Assembly: GCF_006345805.1 (NCBI RefSeq)
Contig: NC_042998.1
Span: forward strand, 205,344,001 to 205,408,000
Direction of reading: 5' to 3'
From: Octopus sinensis
Taxonomy: Eukaryota
Length of the DNA: 64,000 nt
The notes beneath the pieces are model-generated. The model was not told the DNA's origin, made no database searches, and saw only the letters and a list, made by a program, of their open reading frames with translations. Position numbers and translations under genes: made by a program. This document shows, one piece after another, positions 12,450 to 23,734 of this stretch (positions are counted from its first letter, which is position 1; each line of letters begins with the position of its first letter).

Positions 12450-13320
12450 GTCCGTTCTAGAGAACTTTCTGTTCATGAACAATCTTGGATAATTTCCAGA
12501 TGTCCTTCGCCTGGCAGTGCTACCGGGGGGGGGGGTCTGGTTCAAGATAGACTCAACAATCACAGATGTGCTGTCAAACGGACTTGCTGTCTGAGGTGTG
12601 TGCTGAGTGACAAAACTGTTCTGCAGACACTTGTTCAGTGTCTGGTAATTGCTGATGTGTAGGGTTATGTCAAACAGCTGCTGTCACACATGGGATGGAT
12701 CAGTCTATCAGCTGATGATTGCCCCACCACCTTCCTTTAATTGGGTAGGCAAGCAGTTTTCCTTTAGCTGGAGGCGAAAGAGGTTGTTTGGTGGACAAGG
12801 CTGAAAGGCATGAGGACAAATAGATTCTTCTTTGGTAGAGCTCTCATTGACTTCTCCACGTTTCACTTGAAAAGGAAATTGCAAGTGGAGAGGGAAGCGC
12901 TGTCCTCGAGTGAGTTTATTGAAAGGTGGGTGAAAGTAGTGAAAATTTCAAGAGTGGATGCTACCTCTGTAAGCGTAGACCAGTGATTTGGAGAGGACAC
13001 TTGCTCTTGATGTTCAGGGAAATCTCAGAGAGTGGGGTTCCTTGATTATCCCTAGAGGTCATCCAGTATCAGGAGGGCAACATCTCTGTCATCCTCCATG
13101 CCACTTTTTGTCTTTTTTAAACCTTTCTATCTTTATTTCCCTTCCTTTTCTTCATAAACCGTGTCTACTCACATTGGTTTTTAATTTTACTTTTATTTAT
13201 ATTTATTTTTTGTTACTTATTTAATTATTTTATCATTTCATTATATATAAGCCCCTACTACACTTTATGTCTGTCTTTGTATTGTCCCCCTCGTCCTTTA
13301 CCCTTGTGGCAAATAAATGA
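12450..13320 (+). mobile_element. Second Tx1/L1-like 3' end (degenerate CCHC knuckle)
   Basis: TCCLRCVLSDKTVLQTLVQC is a decayed CxxC-x7-H-x4-C; AKEVVWWTRLKGMRTN...HLKRKLQVEREAL. Confidence 0.55.
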
Positions 13321-13339
13321 AATTGTTATTATCATTGTG

Positions 13340-14215
13340 ATGAAAACTCATACTTTATTTTACTGGATTTGATGGGAAATGTCAGCTGTCCACAGCCACC
13401 AGACTAAGGGGACACTTGTTTACTGGTCATGCTTCAAGAACCCTGCAAAGAATTCTTGGAGTTCCAAGCAATGCTGATTTTTGTAGGTGTTCTACTTTCA
13501 CACTTGCACCAATCTTTTGGTAGTTGATTGCTGATACTCCCAAGTGCACCAATCACTATTGGTATCAGGTCTACTCTCCTCATTGACCACAACCTTCATA
13601 TTTCCCACTTTAAATCGTCAGAGTTGTTTATTTTTTTTCTTCTTCTTTCACATTGATCCTGTTGTCACCGAGGCATGTTATGTCAATTATCATACATGTT
13701 CTTGCTTTTTTGTTCACCACAACAATGTCCAGTTTCCAATGTCTGGTCAGAGGATCACACTGAATCATTGCATCCAATAGGATTTTGCAGTTCTCACTCT
13801 CAGTGGTTTCTTCTGGGGTTTGCTCACACCATGTTTTTTGCTCTTTGTAGGCTGTGATTTCCACATAGCTCCTGATGGATCATTCTTGCCACATTGTCAT
13901 GTCGTCTTTTGTATTTGCGTTGTGCCAATTCCCAGCATTCGCTAATGATGTGCCATAATGTTTCACCCCTCTCTCCACACATTCTGCATTTGCCGCTGTT
14001 GGTAATATTGTCTATTCTGCACTTCACATAGTTGGTCCTTAATGCTTGTTCTTGAGCTGCGCATATGAATGCTTCTGGCTCTATCTTCAGGTCACTCCTC
14101 CTCATCTATAGCCACAGGTCCTTTGTATCTGTCTTGGCATTCGCATCTCTTGCAAACTGACCATACATTTTTTCCTTCCATGCTTTTTCTTTTTTTGTGT
14201 GTTCATACTTTCTTT
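13340..14215 (-). mobile_element. R4/Dong-like (restriction-like endonuclease) non-LTR retrotransposon 3' part
   Basis: AAQEQALRTN, CRMCGERGETLWHIISEC, RRHDNVA, DIVVVNKK..IIDI...KEEEK, IPIVIGALG...LQKSALLGT. Confidence 0.88.
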
Positions 14216-14242
14216 TTATGTTTATTTCTTCTTCTTATTATT

Positions 14243-14286
<44 letters not shown>

Positions 14287-14289
14287 GCT

Positions 14290-15460
14290 AGTTTAAGTAG
14301 TAGATATTTGATCTTGATGTTTGGTAATAACAAGTCTCCTCAAATCTCAAGAGTCTTCTTTAGGATTCTTGCAGAATGGTACTTTTCTAGGTAGCATTTT
14401 AGGTGTTGCCCTAAGTACACCAATCACTACAAGAATAATTGTTGTCTTCGTCTTCTGCAGTCTTCTCAGCTCTTCAGCCTAAATCCTGATATTTCTCAAT
14501 TCTTTTCAATTTCTTTGGTTTCGACTCTGCTCTGATAATGAATTGTAAACTCAAACATTCTTTGTTTATTTGGTCTTCTATAATTATATCTGCTTTTCTT
14601 GCTTCAGTTGTACGATTAGCTTTTATAGGGAAGTCCCATAATATCCGCTAGCTCTCACTTTCTATCACAGCCTCTGGTTTGTGTTCATACCAGTTTTTTG
14701 TTATTTGGGGTCCACACACTTGGCTAACATTGCAATGCACTCTTTCACCTTCACAGTCATGCCTGCACTTATACTCCTTTTGTGTTTGTATACTGCACTC
14801 ATTCAAGAGCCGATTGATACTTTCGTCTCCTTTCCTGCAGATTCTGCATGTGCTGTCTGCATTTTATTGATCTTTGTCTTTATCAGAATTGCCCTAATGG
14901 CTTGTTCCACAGCAGCTATAATTAGCGTTTCATGTTTCCGTCCGACAGACAAAGCCAGCATTCTTTAATTTCATCATTCTAAATTTGTTGCTTCAATTGG
15001 CCATATGATTTCATTTCTTTCCATTTACTTGTTCTGTTGTTCTTCCTTTTGTCTTTGGATTCTCCCACTATTTTGGTAATGCTTTGGTCTTTCTTCACTC
15101 CACACAACATAATTTATCAGCCCCAGGATCATAGTACAACTGGTGTCTTCTACATTTAGTAATCCTCTGCCACTTTCCTTTCTTGGTAGGTAGTGTTGGT
15201 CAGTATTACTTTTAGGATGAAGTGCATTGTACATTGTGAGCAGCTCCCTAATTCTTCTCTCCAAACTCTGGAGCCTGACTTTCGTCCATTCTTGAAAGGA
15301 AGAATAATATCTTAATAAGGGTGTAATCCATGTATTTATTGTTTTAAGGATTTCCCCTCCATTTCATTTTTCTTCTCAAGCACCTTCCTAATTTTCTCCT
15401 TGTACCCTTTAGTAACTTTCTCTCGCCTTTCTCCCATCATCTTGCTGTACCTTTACCTGT
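14290..15460 (-). mobile_element. Second R4/Dong-like element, separated from the first by (TTA)n at about 14235-14286
   Basis: LLTMYNALHPKSNTDQHYLPRKESGRGLLNVED; 3' end ...AGCT followed by (TAA)n, shared with the copy starting at 24088. Confidence 0.8.
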
Positions 15461-15799
15461 TTGTATCCCTCATTATTCTAACGATGTTTCTCTTATTACT
15501 TCCATGTCTTCTTACTCTCCTTCCATTCTTGAAGCCTTACCATTCCCCCCTTCCTGATTCTTCCATATCTACACTCTCTTCTCTTTACCTTTCTATAACA
15601 TATTATTGTGAGGGCACATTTTCGTACCTCATCTGCACCATAGATGTCTTTCTTTGGGTTCCACTGCAGCCTCCCATTTAGGTCAGGTGTTGTGTGTGTG
15701 GGTGGGTGGGGCATGCTCCACTGCAGCATGTTGTATCCACCATTTGTCAACACATTCTCTGGTCCTCCAGGTGAACAGTCAATCCTCATCTCCATGAGA

Positions 15800-16030
15800 T
15801 ACCTATTTCTTTATTACCCACAAGGGGCTAAACACAGAGGGGACAAACAAGGACAGACATAGGTATTAAGTCGATTACATCGACCCCAGTGCGTGACTAG
15901 TAATTAATTTATCGACCCCGAAAGGATGAAAGGCAAAGTCGACCTCGGCAGAATTTGAACTCACAACGTAACGCAGACGAAATACCGCTAAGCATTTCGC
16001 CTGGCGTGCTAATGTTTCTGCCAGCTCGAG
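15800..16030 (-). mobile_element. SINE family A
   Basis: Same consensus; the 3' end carries the GAAATA-GGTAT junction remnant. Confidence 0.85.
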
Positions 16031-16653
16031 ATACCGCCACCTCATCTGTCCTGAGCATGTAACATGTGCTTGACTAATGCAAGATGTCAACCCAACCAGA
16101 TCCTCAGTGAAGAGAACACAGTAAGCAGGGTCTAACTTGGAAAATCGAGCAATGTGGCCCCTACAGTTTCCCCGTCCATCCATGCAAAATTAAATAATCA
16201 CGAACATCCTTCACAACAGCAAACCTGTTCCTGCTCCCCACATCATACTTTTTTAACCACTGATCTTTTCACCCTATCTTCTCAGAGAAGATCAACCCAT
16301 TTCCTTTCCCGCAGTCAATAGCATTGATCAGCTGCTTATAAAGCTGTCGTGAATTAAGGGATCACCACAGTGATTTGTTTAATTTAGCAAGGAGGAAGTC
16401 TTGTCTACTTTTCTGAGGAGCTGTTAACAAACTTTGAAACAGTCCATCAGGAGACTTCATCCCTCTTCTTGCCACATAACAACAGCATAGAAAGAAGTGT
16501 TTGCATTCTTATTTAATACGCAGGAAGACTTTGTAAGGTTTCCATTGATTTCATTTCCTCTGACTAACACTGTATTGCACAATGATTATATACACACACA
16601 CACACACACACACACATGTATGTATGTATGTTTCAGAATTTCAGGTAGTGACG

Positions 16654-16775
16654 ATGTCTGTGTTGCCGCAAAGACGAGCTGGTACTGATGCTCCTCCATA
16701 TACATTCTCCAGTCAACCCCGGGTGGTGTCTCATCGCAAGAAATACAAGGAGAAGCCACTGGCACCAGCGCCTGA
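16654..16775 (+). CDS. RSPH3: Radial spoke head protein 3, first coding exon
   Basis: MSVLPQRRAGTDAPPYTFSSQPRVVSHRKKYKEKPLAPAP resembles the RSP3 N-terminus (YTYTSRPRAL). Upstream acceptor tttcag| at 16644; donor GA|gtaagt in phase 2. Confidence 0.88.
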
Positions 16776-17100
16776 GTAAGTACATACCAGTAATTATCCA
16801 GGGTAGACTGCGAGTGGGGGATAAGATTTGACTGCATTCATGTACACGTATATACTCACACCCAGAGTCACGCATATAAACATACTTTCACATGTGCATT
16901 CTTTTGGTTATTTTCCTATGTACGAGGCAATGGACTACCACCACCACCACCACCACCACCTCCATCATCTCACCATCACCACCCCCACCTCATCGCTTGG
17001 TATAGACTGCATCATAAAGAAATTATGAGTTGGGTGCAAACTCCAAACAAAGCTATGATTGGTGGCCCCAGTCCTCCATGTGGTGGACCCTGACGTGTTT

Positions 17101-17296
17101 TACAGAAGGGTTGAGAGACACCACTGATGGCCCTTTTTTAAGTGAACAGCAAGGAGGGCCCAGCCTGAATGTTTTCTACAGAGAGGTTTGGGGTGGAAGC
17201 TTCTCCACAACCTCTCTGTAGAAAACATTCAGGCTAGGCCCTCCTTGCTGTTCACTTAAAAAAAGGCCACCAGTCGTGTCTCTCAACCCTTCTGTA
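17101..17296. repeat. 88-bp-arm inverted repeat
   Basis: Arms 17101-17188 and 17209-17296 with 4 mismatches; 20-nt loop. Confidence 0.95.
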
Positions 17297-18076
17297 ATAC
17301 ATTACAAAAACACGTCAGGGAGCAGTGATCTTAAATTTGATGACGGAATATATCTACCCACCCTACAACAGCAATGGGTTCTTCCACATGGTTTCCATCT
17401 AGCAAATTCCATTCATTTGGCATTGATCAACCTGGGGCTGTGTGAGGAGGAGACTTGTTTAAGGTGCCACACTATTAGATTAAAACCCAAATCATGCAGT
17501 TACAGAGTGAAAGTGTTAACCCCACGGCCATATCTGCTGAAGAACAGGATAAAGGACTTCCATAAAATAGTTCCTCTATGTATGTGTGTTGACTCCATAA
17601 ACTCTGTGTGTGTGTGTGTGTGTGTGCCTCTTCTATGTATGTGATCATGACTACAGCCATACAACACTGACTGCGTGTTTCTTTTATATCTCAATGTTTG
17701 TGGATCTCTCTCCCCGACCAATGTCACTCGGAAGCACCGTACTCTACTCTCCTTAATTGCTTTCACTGTCCATTCAGTTGTGAGCAGACATTGACACCTT
17801 CTCGGCCACCCCTTCCCCCACCCTACCCATGACCAAGTTGAACATCCAGGAAAGAGACGGTTGCATCCGGCCCCTGGTTGGTACACATTTACAGCTGAGT
17901 AGACTGGAGCACTAAGGTGTCTTACTGAAAACCACACGACACCACCCTGTCCAGGAATTAAATCCTCAACCTTACAATCAACAACCAAACAATTTAACCA
18001 CTGGGCCTCCTACTTTTTTCGCTTTCTCTTGATACAATGATGTGTTTATAATGATTTTGTTTCTCTGTCTCACAAG

Positions 18077-18158
18077 GGAGGTACCTATGTACAGCAATAT
18101 TATGTACGACAGACGAGTGGTACGCGGAAACACATACGCACTTAGTACCATACCTGCT
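18077..18158 (+). CDS. RSPH3: RSPH3 coding exon 2
   Basis: cacaag|G; encodes EVPMYSNIMYDRRVVRGNTYALSTIPA (RSP3 hallmark NIMYDRRVxRGNTY); donor GCT|gtaagt. Confidence 0.95.
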
Positions 18159-18240
18159 GTAAGTATATATATCTATGTATTCGAGTTATCTCCCTTTACC
18201 TTATCGTTGCTAAGTAATCCTTTAGCATTTTAGCCAACCA

Positions 18241-18619
18241 CTAGCAGTATCGCCCGGCGTTGCTCGGGTTTGTAAGGGAAATAACTATATAAGCGTTTTT
18301 AGAGATGTAAATATAATAGCCATCTCAATATGGCTAGTTACTGTAGCTTTTTACGTTCTGAGATTTAATAATAAATTTTTAGAGAGTTACTTCCCTTATA
18401 TATGCCAAAAATGCATTAAAAATGGGAAAAATTGATGGTAAATTCTTTTTAAAATCGTAGACTCATCGTAGACGCGCACTAATACCCAGAAGGGCTCGAT
18501 ATGAATCACGACTATAAGATACCCGGTTTTGGTTAAACTGCACTGCAAAATGTGGGAGTAGTTAGGAATCTAAATCATAGGAGACAGACAGCTCACAACC
18601 TTACTTTTATATATAAAGA
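18241..18619 (-). mobile_element. Non-autonomous Helitron family A
   Basis: Reverse complement runs A|TCTTTATATATAAAAG ... CCCGAGCAACGCCGGG hairpin ... CTAG|T. Confidence 0.8.
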
Positions 18620-18747
18620 TATCCAGCCCAATTATTTTATCTGTTTTTTTTTTTCAAACCAGCCTGATTTGGCCCCTCACACCTACCCGACAATGCTGTT
18701 CTAACAATAAACGATCATACGCATGATTACTTCAAAACAATGTAAAT

Positions 18748-19070
18748 ACATACTCGTTGGCGCTCCAGCGATTGTGATGATGAAGGTTACGGTTGCTTCC
18801 CAGAACAGCCTGCTCGTGAAATCCATGTGCATGTGGCTGAGCACTCCACATGCACATGTAGCGTTAATGTAGTTCTCAGGGAGATTCAGCATGACAAAGG
18901 ATGTCACAAGGTTGGCCCTTTGAAATACAGGTACTCCTCGTTTTTTACCAGCTGAGTGGATTGGAGGGAGGTGAAGTAAAGGGTCTTGCTCAAGCACACA
19001 ACATGCTGCTAGGTATTGAACCCATGACCTTACGATTGTCAGCCAAATACCCAAAGGGCCTTCACTACAC
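18748..19070 (-). mobile_element. SINE family C (related copies at about 17850-18010 and 38905-39225)
   Basis: Shared GAACAGCCTGCTCGTGAAAT...GGTACTC..CAGCTGAGTGGA.TGGAG...GTCTTGCTC module with a tRNA-like end. Confidence 0.65.
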
Positions 19071-20483
19071 GCTCATAGGGAGTGAGCTGAATGCTAATGA
19101 GTTAAATCTTAATTAAGAAATATTATTGATTGTTGTTATGAATCTATGTTTGTTTATTTTAGATCCCACTTTGCCAAACTATTGTGCCATCAGTCACAGG
19201 TTTAGCTGAGGATCCCTGTTATTGGGTCCCAGTACTTAGGGCAGTCAGAGGAACAAGGGATTGTCTTTGCAACTTGGGTGAAACAAATACTATAAGCGAC
19301 TTCATTCGAAAGAATTTGTTAAAAGCAAACATATATATACACACTCATGGCAAATACTGGTGTCACACAAATGGCACCTGTGCCAGGGGCACGTAAATGC
19401 ACCCATTACACCCTTACAGTGGTTGGCATTAAGAAGGGCATCCAGCCGTAGAAAACCATACCAAATCAGGCTGGAGCCTGGTGCAGCTCTCCAGCTTGCC
19501 AGCTCTGGTCAAACCGTCCAACCCATGCCAGCATGGACAACTGACGCTAAATGATGATGATGATGATGATTCAGAAACACACACACATTTACACATATAC
19601 ATATACACACACGTCTTTTAAATTCGTTTATGGTAACGCTAACGATATGCAAATAAAGCTCCTTTTCATTATGCCAGCTACCAACTAATGAGACTGACCA
19701 GTGAGTCCGATTTTCAGGGTTGCATCATGGTTGGACCGATATAATGCAGGATAAATGTAACAACAACAACAATAATTCTAGGATGGCATTTATAAATATT
19801 TAACACATCACTTCACCCTTTTCCACAAATCCCATGATTTTGACATCAGAGTCAGTATCCTTGCAGTTAGTATCATCCATGGGCATCTGGTTGATCATCA
19901 TCATTGATTCATTTCATGAGGTGATACTGTATTATTGGATGAATACACATAGGTATTCATCTCTTATTATAAAAGGCAGATTTTATCTGCCTCCCTTTGT
20001 CACTTATAGAAATCTACAATATAGGATTTCTTCAATTACAATTTACCTAGCATTTTTAAGAGTAGAATGCATCGGGTCATGCCAGGTCCAGTTTTTAAAA
20101 TTTAAACTCTAATTAAGCAAAATTTACAGAAAACTCACATTCTGGTGTGTATGTCAAATGCTTTTCTTAGTCTGGTTTACAGTACACGCAAACGCACACA
20201 CACAGTGTGCAACGAATAAAGTGAAACTAATTCACTGTGAGTGTGTTGACAGGTAGACAATAGAATGCGATGACGATGTAATATTTGTTTCTGTCTATCA
20301 CGCTGATAGATACATGAGTAAAATGTATGGCAAGCTAAGAGATAAGAGTGAGTGAAAATGTTCTTGGAAGAGAGTAAATAGCGACAGAGTGATATGAGGA
20401 AGACTAAACTGAAAGTATGAAACAGTGTTTATGTATAAACAGACGACACTTATATATAGTTATTAATAAATGTATGCATCCGT

Positions 20484-20810
20484 TTAACCCTTTCGTTACC
20501 AAACCACCCGAATTTACCTATTCATATTTAAATGAGAATATCAGAGCAAATCTCTTTAGTACATTTGTGAAAACACGTATTATACTTCGTAAACACTTCA
20601 AATACAGTTTTGTACAAAAATCGAAGTGTAATTTTAATTCCGTGAATTATGGGAGATTTTTTTCCGAAATTTGTTCCTATTGTGTTTTCAAAATTTGTAA
20701 TTCTGACAAAAATTGGATACGAATTTCATTATATCAAGCAGCGAGTCAGAATTCGAAGGATTTTCTACTGAAGACCTTCATAAATCTAACTCTATGACTG
20801 AAAAAAAAAA
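20484..20810 (+). mobile_element. piggyBac-like left end
   Basis: TTAA|CCCTTTCGTTACC terminus and an acidic N-terminal remnant MDTNFIISSSESEFEGFSTEDL; interrupted by the Helitron at 20814; right end not found. Confidence 0.55.
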
Positions 20811-20813
20811 CCA

Positions 20814-21207
20814 TCTTTATATAAGAGTGAAGTTGTGTGTCTGTCTCCTACGATTTAGATTCGTAACTACTCCCACATTTTGCAGTGCAGTTTAACCAAA
20901 AGCGGGTATCTTATAGTCGTGATTCATATCGAGCCCTTCTGGGTATTAGTGCATGTCTACGATGAGTCTATGATTTTAAAAAAATTTACCATCATATTTT
21001 TCCATTTTAATGCATTTTTTTCGCTTTTATATAAGGGAAGTAACTCTCTAAAAATATCTACGATGTGTCAACGATTTAAAAAAAAATTTACCTTAATTTT
21101 TTTCAATTTTTAATGCATTTTTTTGCTATTTTTTGGCTATAACTCTCTAAAAATGCTTATATAGTTATTTCCCTTACAACCCGAGCAACGCCGGGCGATA
21201 CTGCTAG
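20814..21207 (+). mobile_element. Non-autonomous Helitron family A
   Basis: A|TCTTTATATAAG ... CCCGAGCAACGCCGGGCGATACTG-CTAG|T; inverted relative to the copy at 18241-18619. Confidence 0.8.
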
Positions 21208-21856
21208 TCTACACATAGAAGGTGGAAAAACAGCTGAATTGAGGTGAAAGTCTCCAGAAGTTGTTCAAGGAAAGAGAAATACGGTTGTTTTGGTTTTGTG
21301 TTGTTGGGAATGGAAGTGAGAGTTTGGGAGGATGTTGTTGTTGTTGCTGCAAACAAGAAAATACAGCATTGAAACAGTGTAGTGGATTATGGATGGTTCC
21401 AGTAAATGTAGCCCCAGGCATGGCTGTGCAATTAAGAAGACTGTCTTGCCCATGTCTTCTAGCAAAGTCTCAAACTGATTAATGCCTGGCACTGGAAATT
21501 GGTTGGTGAAAACAACAACAGTAAACAAATGTGCTTAATTAAAAAAAACTCTTTAGATAGGAAAAAAAATCAACTTTTCTATCCAAAGAGTTTTTAAACC
21601 CAATATTCACTGTAGAAACCATAGAAATCAGACTGGAGTCTGGTGCAGCTTCCCAGTTTACTAGCTCTGGTCACACTGTCCGACTCATGCCAGCATGGAC
21701 AACAGATGTTAAATGATGATGATGATGATGATTCGCATACTGTTGTTCATAGCTTTATCTTGCTTCAAGTTTCACCGTTAAAAGTTTCACCATTTTCTTG
21801 AAGTTTTTAAAATTCTTGTGATGTAAACAATATAATATTTAAAAAAATTTTTATAG

Positions 21857-22144
21857 CAATCTCAACCAGATCCTCTCGAGGCCCAACGTCGGCAAGAAGC
21901 TAAGCGAAGAGCTAATGCAAGAAGACGTGCTAAGGAACAGTTTGAGAGGCTGACCCCAGAACCAGTCCCCGGTAGAAAACACATCGATGTTCAAACTGAG
22001 CTTTATCTTGAAGAAATCTCTGACCGTGTTGAAGAAGCTGATGTTGACATCCAAACGGATTACTTTCTAGATCGTCCTCCAACACCTTTGTATGTCCCAG
22101 CCAAAACTGGAATTGATGTTGCAACACAGATACTTGACGGAGAG
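21857..22144 (+). CDS. RSPH3: RSPH3 coding exon 3 (288 nt)
   Basis: ttttatag|CAA; encodes QSQPDPLEAQRRQEAKRR...LTPEPVPGRKHIDVQTELYLEEISDR...QTDYFLDRPPTPLYVPAKTGIDVATQILDGE; donor GAG|gtatgt. Not listed in the supplied ORF track. Confidence 0.97.
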
Positions 22145-22250
22145 GTATGTCTTATCTTTGAACAAATTCTTCAATAGCTCCATATATTATTTTACGGAGA
22201 TGTACTCGCATAGCAAGTGATTTGATCTGAGATCGTGTGCTGGAACGAAA

Positions 22251-22533
22251 ACAATTGCAGCGTGGAAGGTGTTTGTAAGCCATTTAAGAAACACACAAAG
22301 CCGTTAGATTCACTTCAACATTTAAGTTTAATTTGTCAAAATATTTTCGCCGCTTTAAGAACGCGACCTGTTCACTGACAAAAATCCGTGCTGCATCGGA
22401 TTTTTGTCAGTGAACAGGTCGCGGATTTTAGCAACGAAAATATTTTGACAAATTAAACTTAAATGTTGAAGTGAATCTAACGGCTTTGTGTGTTTCTTAA
22501 ATGGCTTACAAACACCTTCCACGCTGCAATTGT
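22251..22533. repeat. Foldback with a perfect 99-bp outer stem and a perfect 27-bp inner stem
   Basis: 22251-22349 pairs with 22435-22533; 22362-22388 pairs with 22397-22423; 8-nt loop. Confidence 0.97.
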
Positions 22534-22591
22534 GTCCATATATTATATTTGTTATTTGAGATTGGTCGGTTGGCACCAGAGCTCAGTAGAG

Positions 22592-23034
22592 CAATAGTTC
22601 TCAACCATTTTTTTTCCTGTGGACCCCTTTGGTTCATATTTTACTTGACTGGGTCCTCATAGCCATTCAATGTCTAAAACATTCCTATCACATTTTTATG
22701 ATTAAATCTTAATAAGAAATTGTATAGAAAAATTGTTAAAGTTTTTATGTATTGCCGAAGTGAAAACATCTTAGAAAATGACTCTTTGTAAATGTGACAA
22801 GGAGAGATATTCAGCAAAAGTGCTTTGGAGTAAAGACTGTTTGCCAACATAACATGGCAGTCCTGGTTTAGGACGAATGTTGCTGTAATTTAGCCCCGGG
22901 AGACATCGTCTCCAGCTGGCCATACAACATGATCTGTGTCCTTGTATTTTCGAACAATTCATTACAGATAAATTTTAATAAAATCTTCTAGGGACCCTGC
23001 CAAGGGTCATATGGACCCCGATTGAGAACAGCTG
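22592..23034. mobile_element. hAT (Charlie-like) MITE with a nested repeat fragment (22789-22957)
   Basis: CAATAGTTCTCAACC ... GATTGAGAACAGCTG; TCAGTAGAG duplicated on both flanks, slightly offset on the right. Confidence 0.7.
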
Positions 23035-23428
23035 AATCAGTAGAGCATTAAGAATTATTAGAGTGGCAGAGAAAATGTCTTGTGGCTATTTCTTGCAGCT
23101 CTTCACATTCTGTGTTCAAATCCCATGGCAAACTTTGTCTTTCATTCTTTTAGGGTTGATAAGATAAAGTTCCAGTCAAGTCATGGGGTTAAGATTGACC
23201 AAACCCTTCAGGTCTTCTGCCTCTGCTAGAAAGAAGTATCATTAATCATTAAAAATGTGTTGAGAGAAGGCTTTACAGCATTTTTCTGGCTCTTTGTATT
23301 CTGAGTTCAAATCTTGCCTAGGTTAACATTGTCTTTCATTCATTCAGGGTTGATCAAATAGACTATCAGTCAAGTAGTGGAGCTAACTTGACTAACTCCC
23401 CCTGCTAGATCGCTGCCCTTCTGCCAAA

Positions 23429-23476
<48 letters not shown>

Positions 23477-23486
23477 AGGTGGTGAA

Positions 23487-23705
23487 CTGGCAGAATCGTT
23501 AGCACACAGGGCAAAATGCTTAGCAGTATTTCGTCTGCCACTACATTCTGAGTTCAAATTCCGCCGAGGTCGACTTTGCCTTTCATCCTTTCGGGGTTGA
23601 TTAAATAAGTACCAGTTACGCACTGGGGTCGATATAATGGACTTAACCCATTTGTCTGTCCTTGTTTGTCCTCTCTGTGTTTAGCCCCTTGTGGGTAGTA
23701 AAGAA
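23487..23705 (+). mobile_element. SINE family A between (ATT)n tracts
   Basis: Full A-box/B-box consensus copy. Confidence 0.85.
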
Positions 23706-23734
23706 AATTATTATTATTATTATTATTATGAAAG

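Noticed and set aside
19647-19654. Octamer ATGCAAAT
   Set aside because: A single 8-mer is expected by chance in AT-rich DNA.
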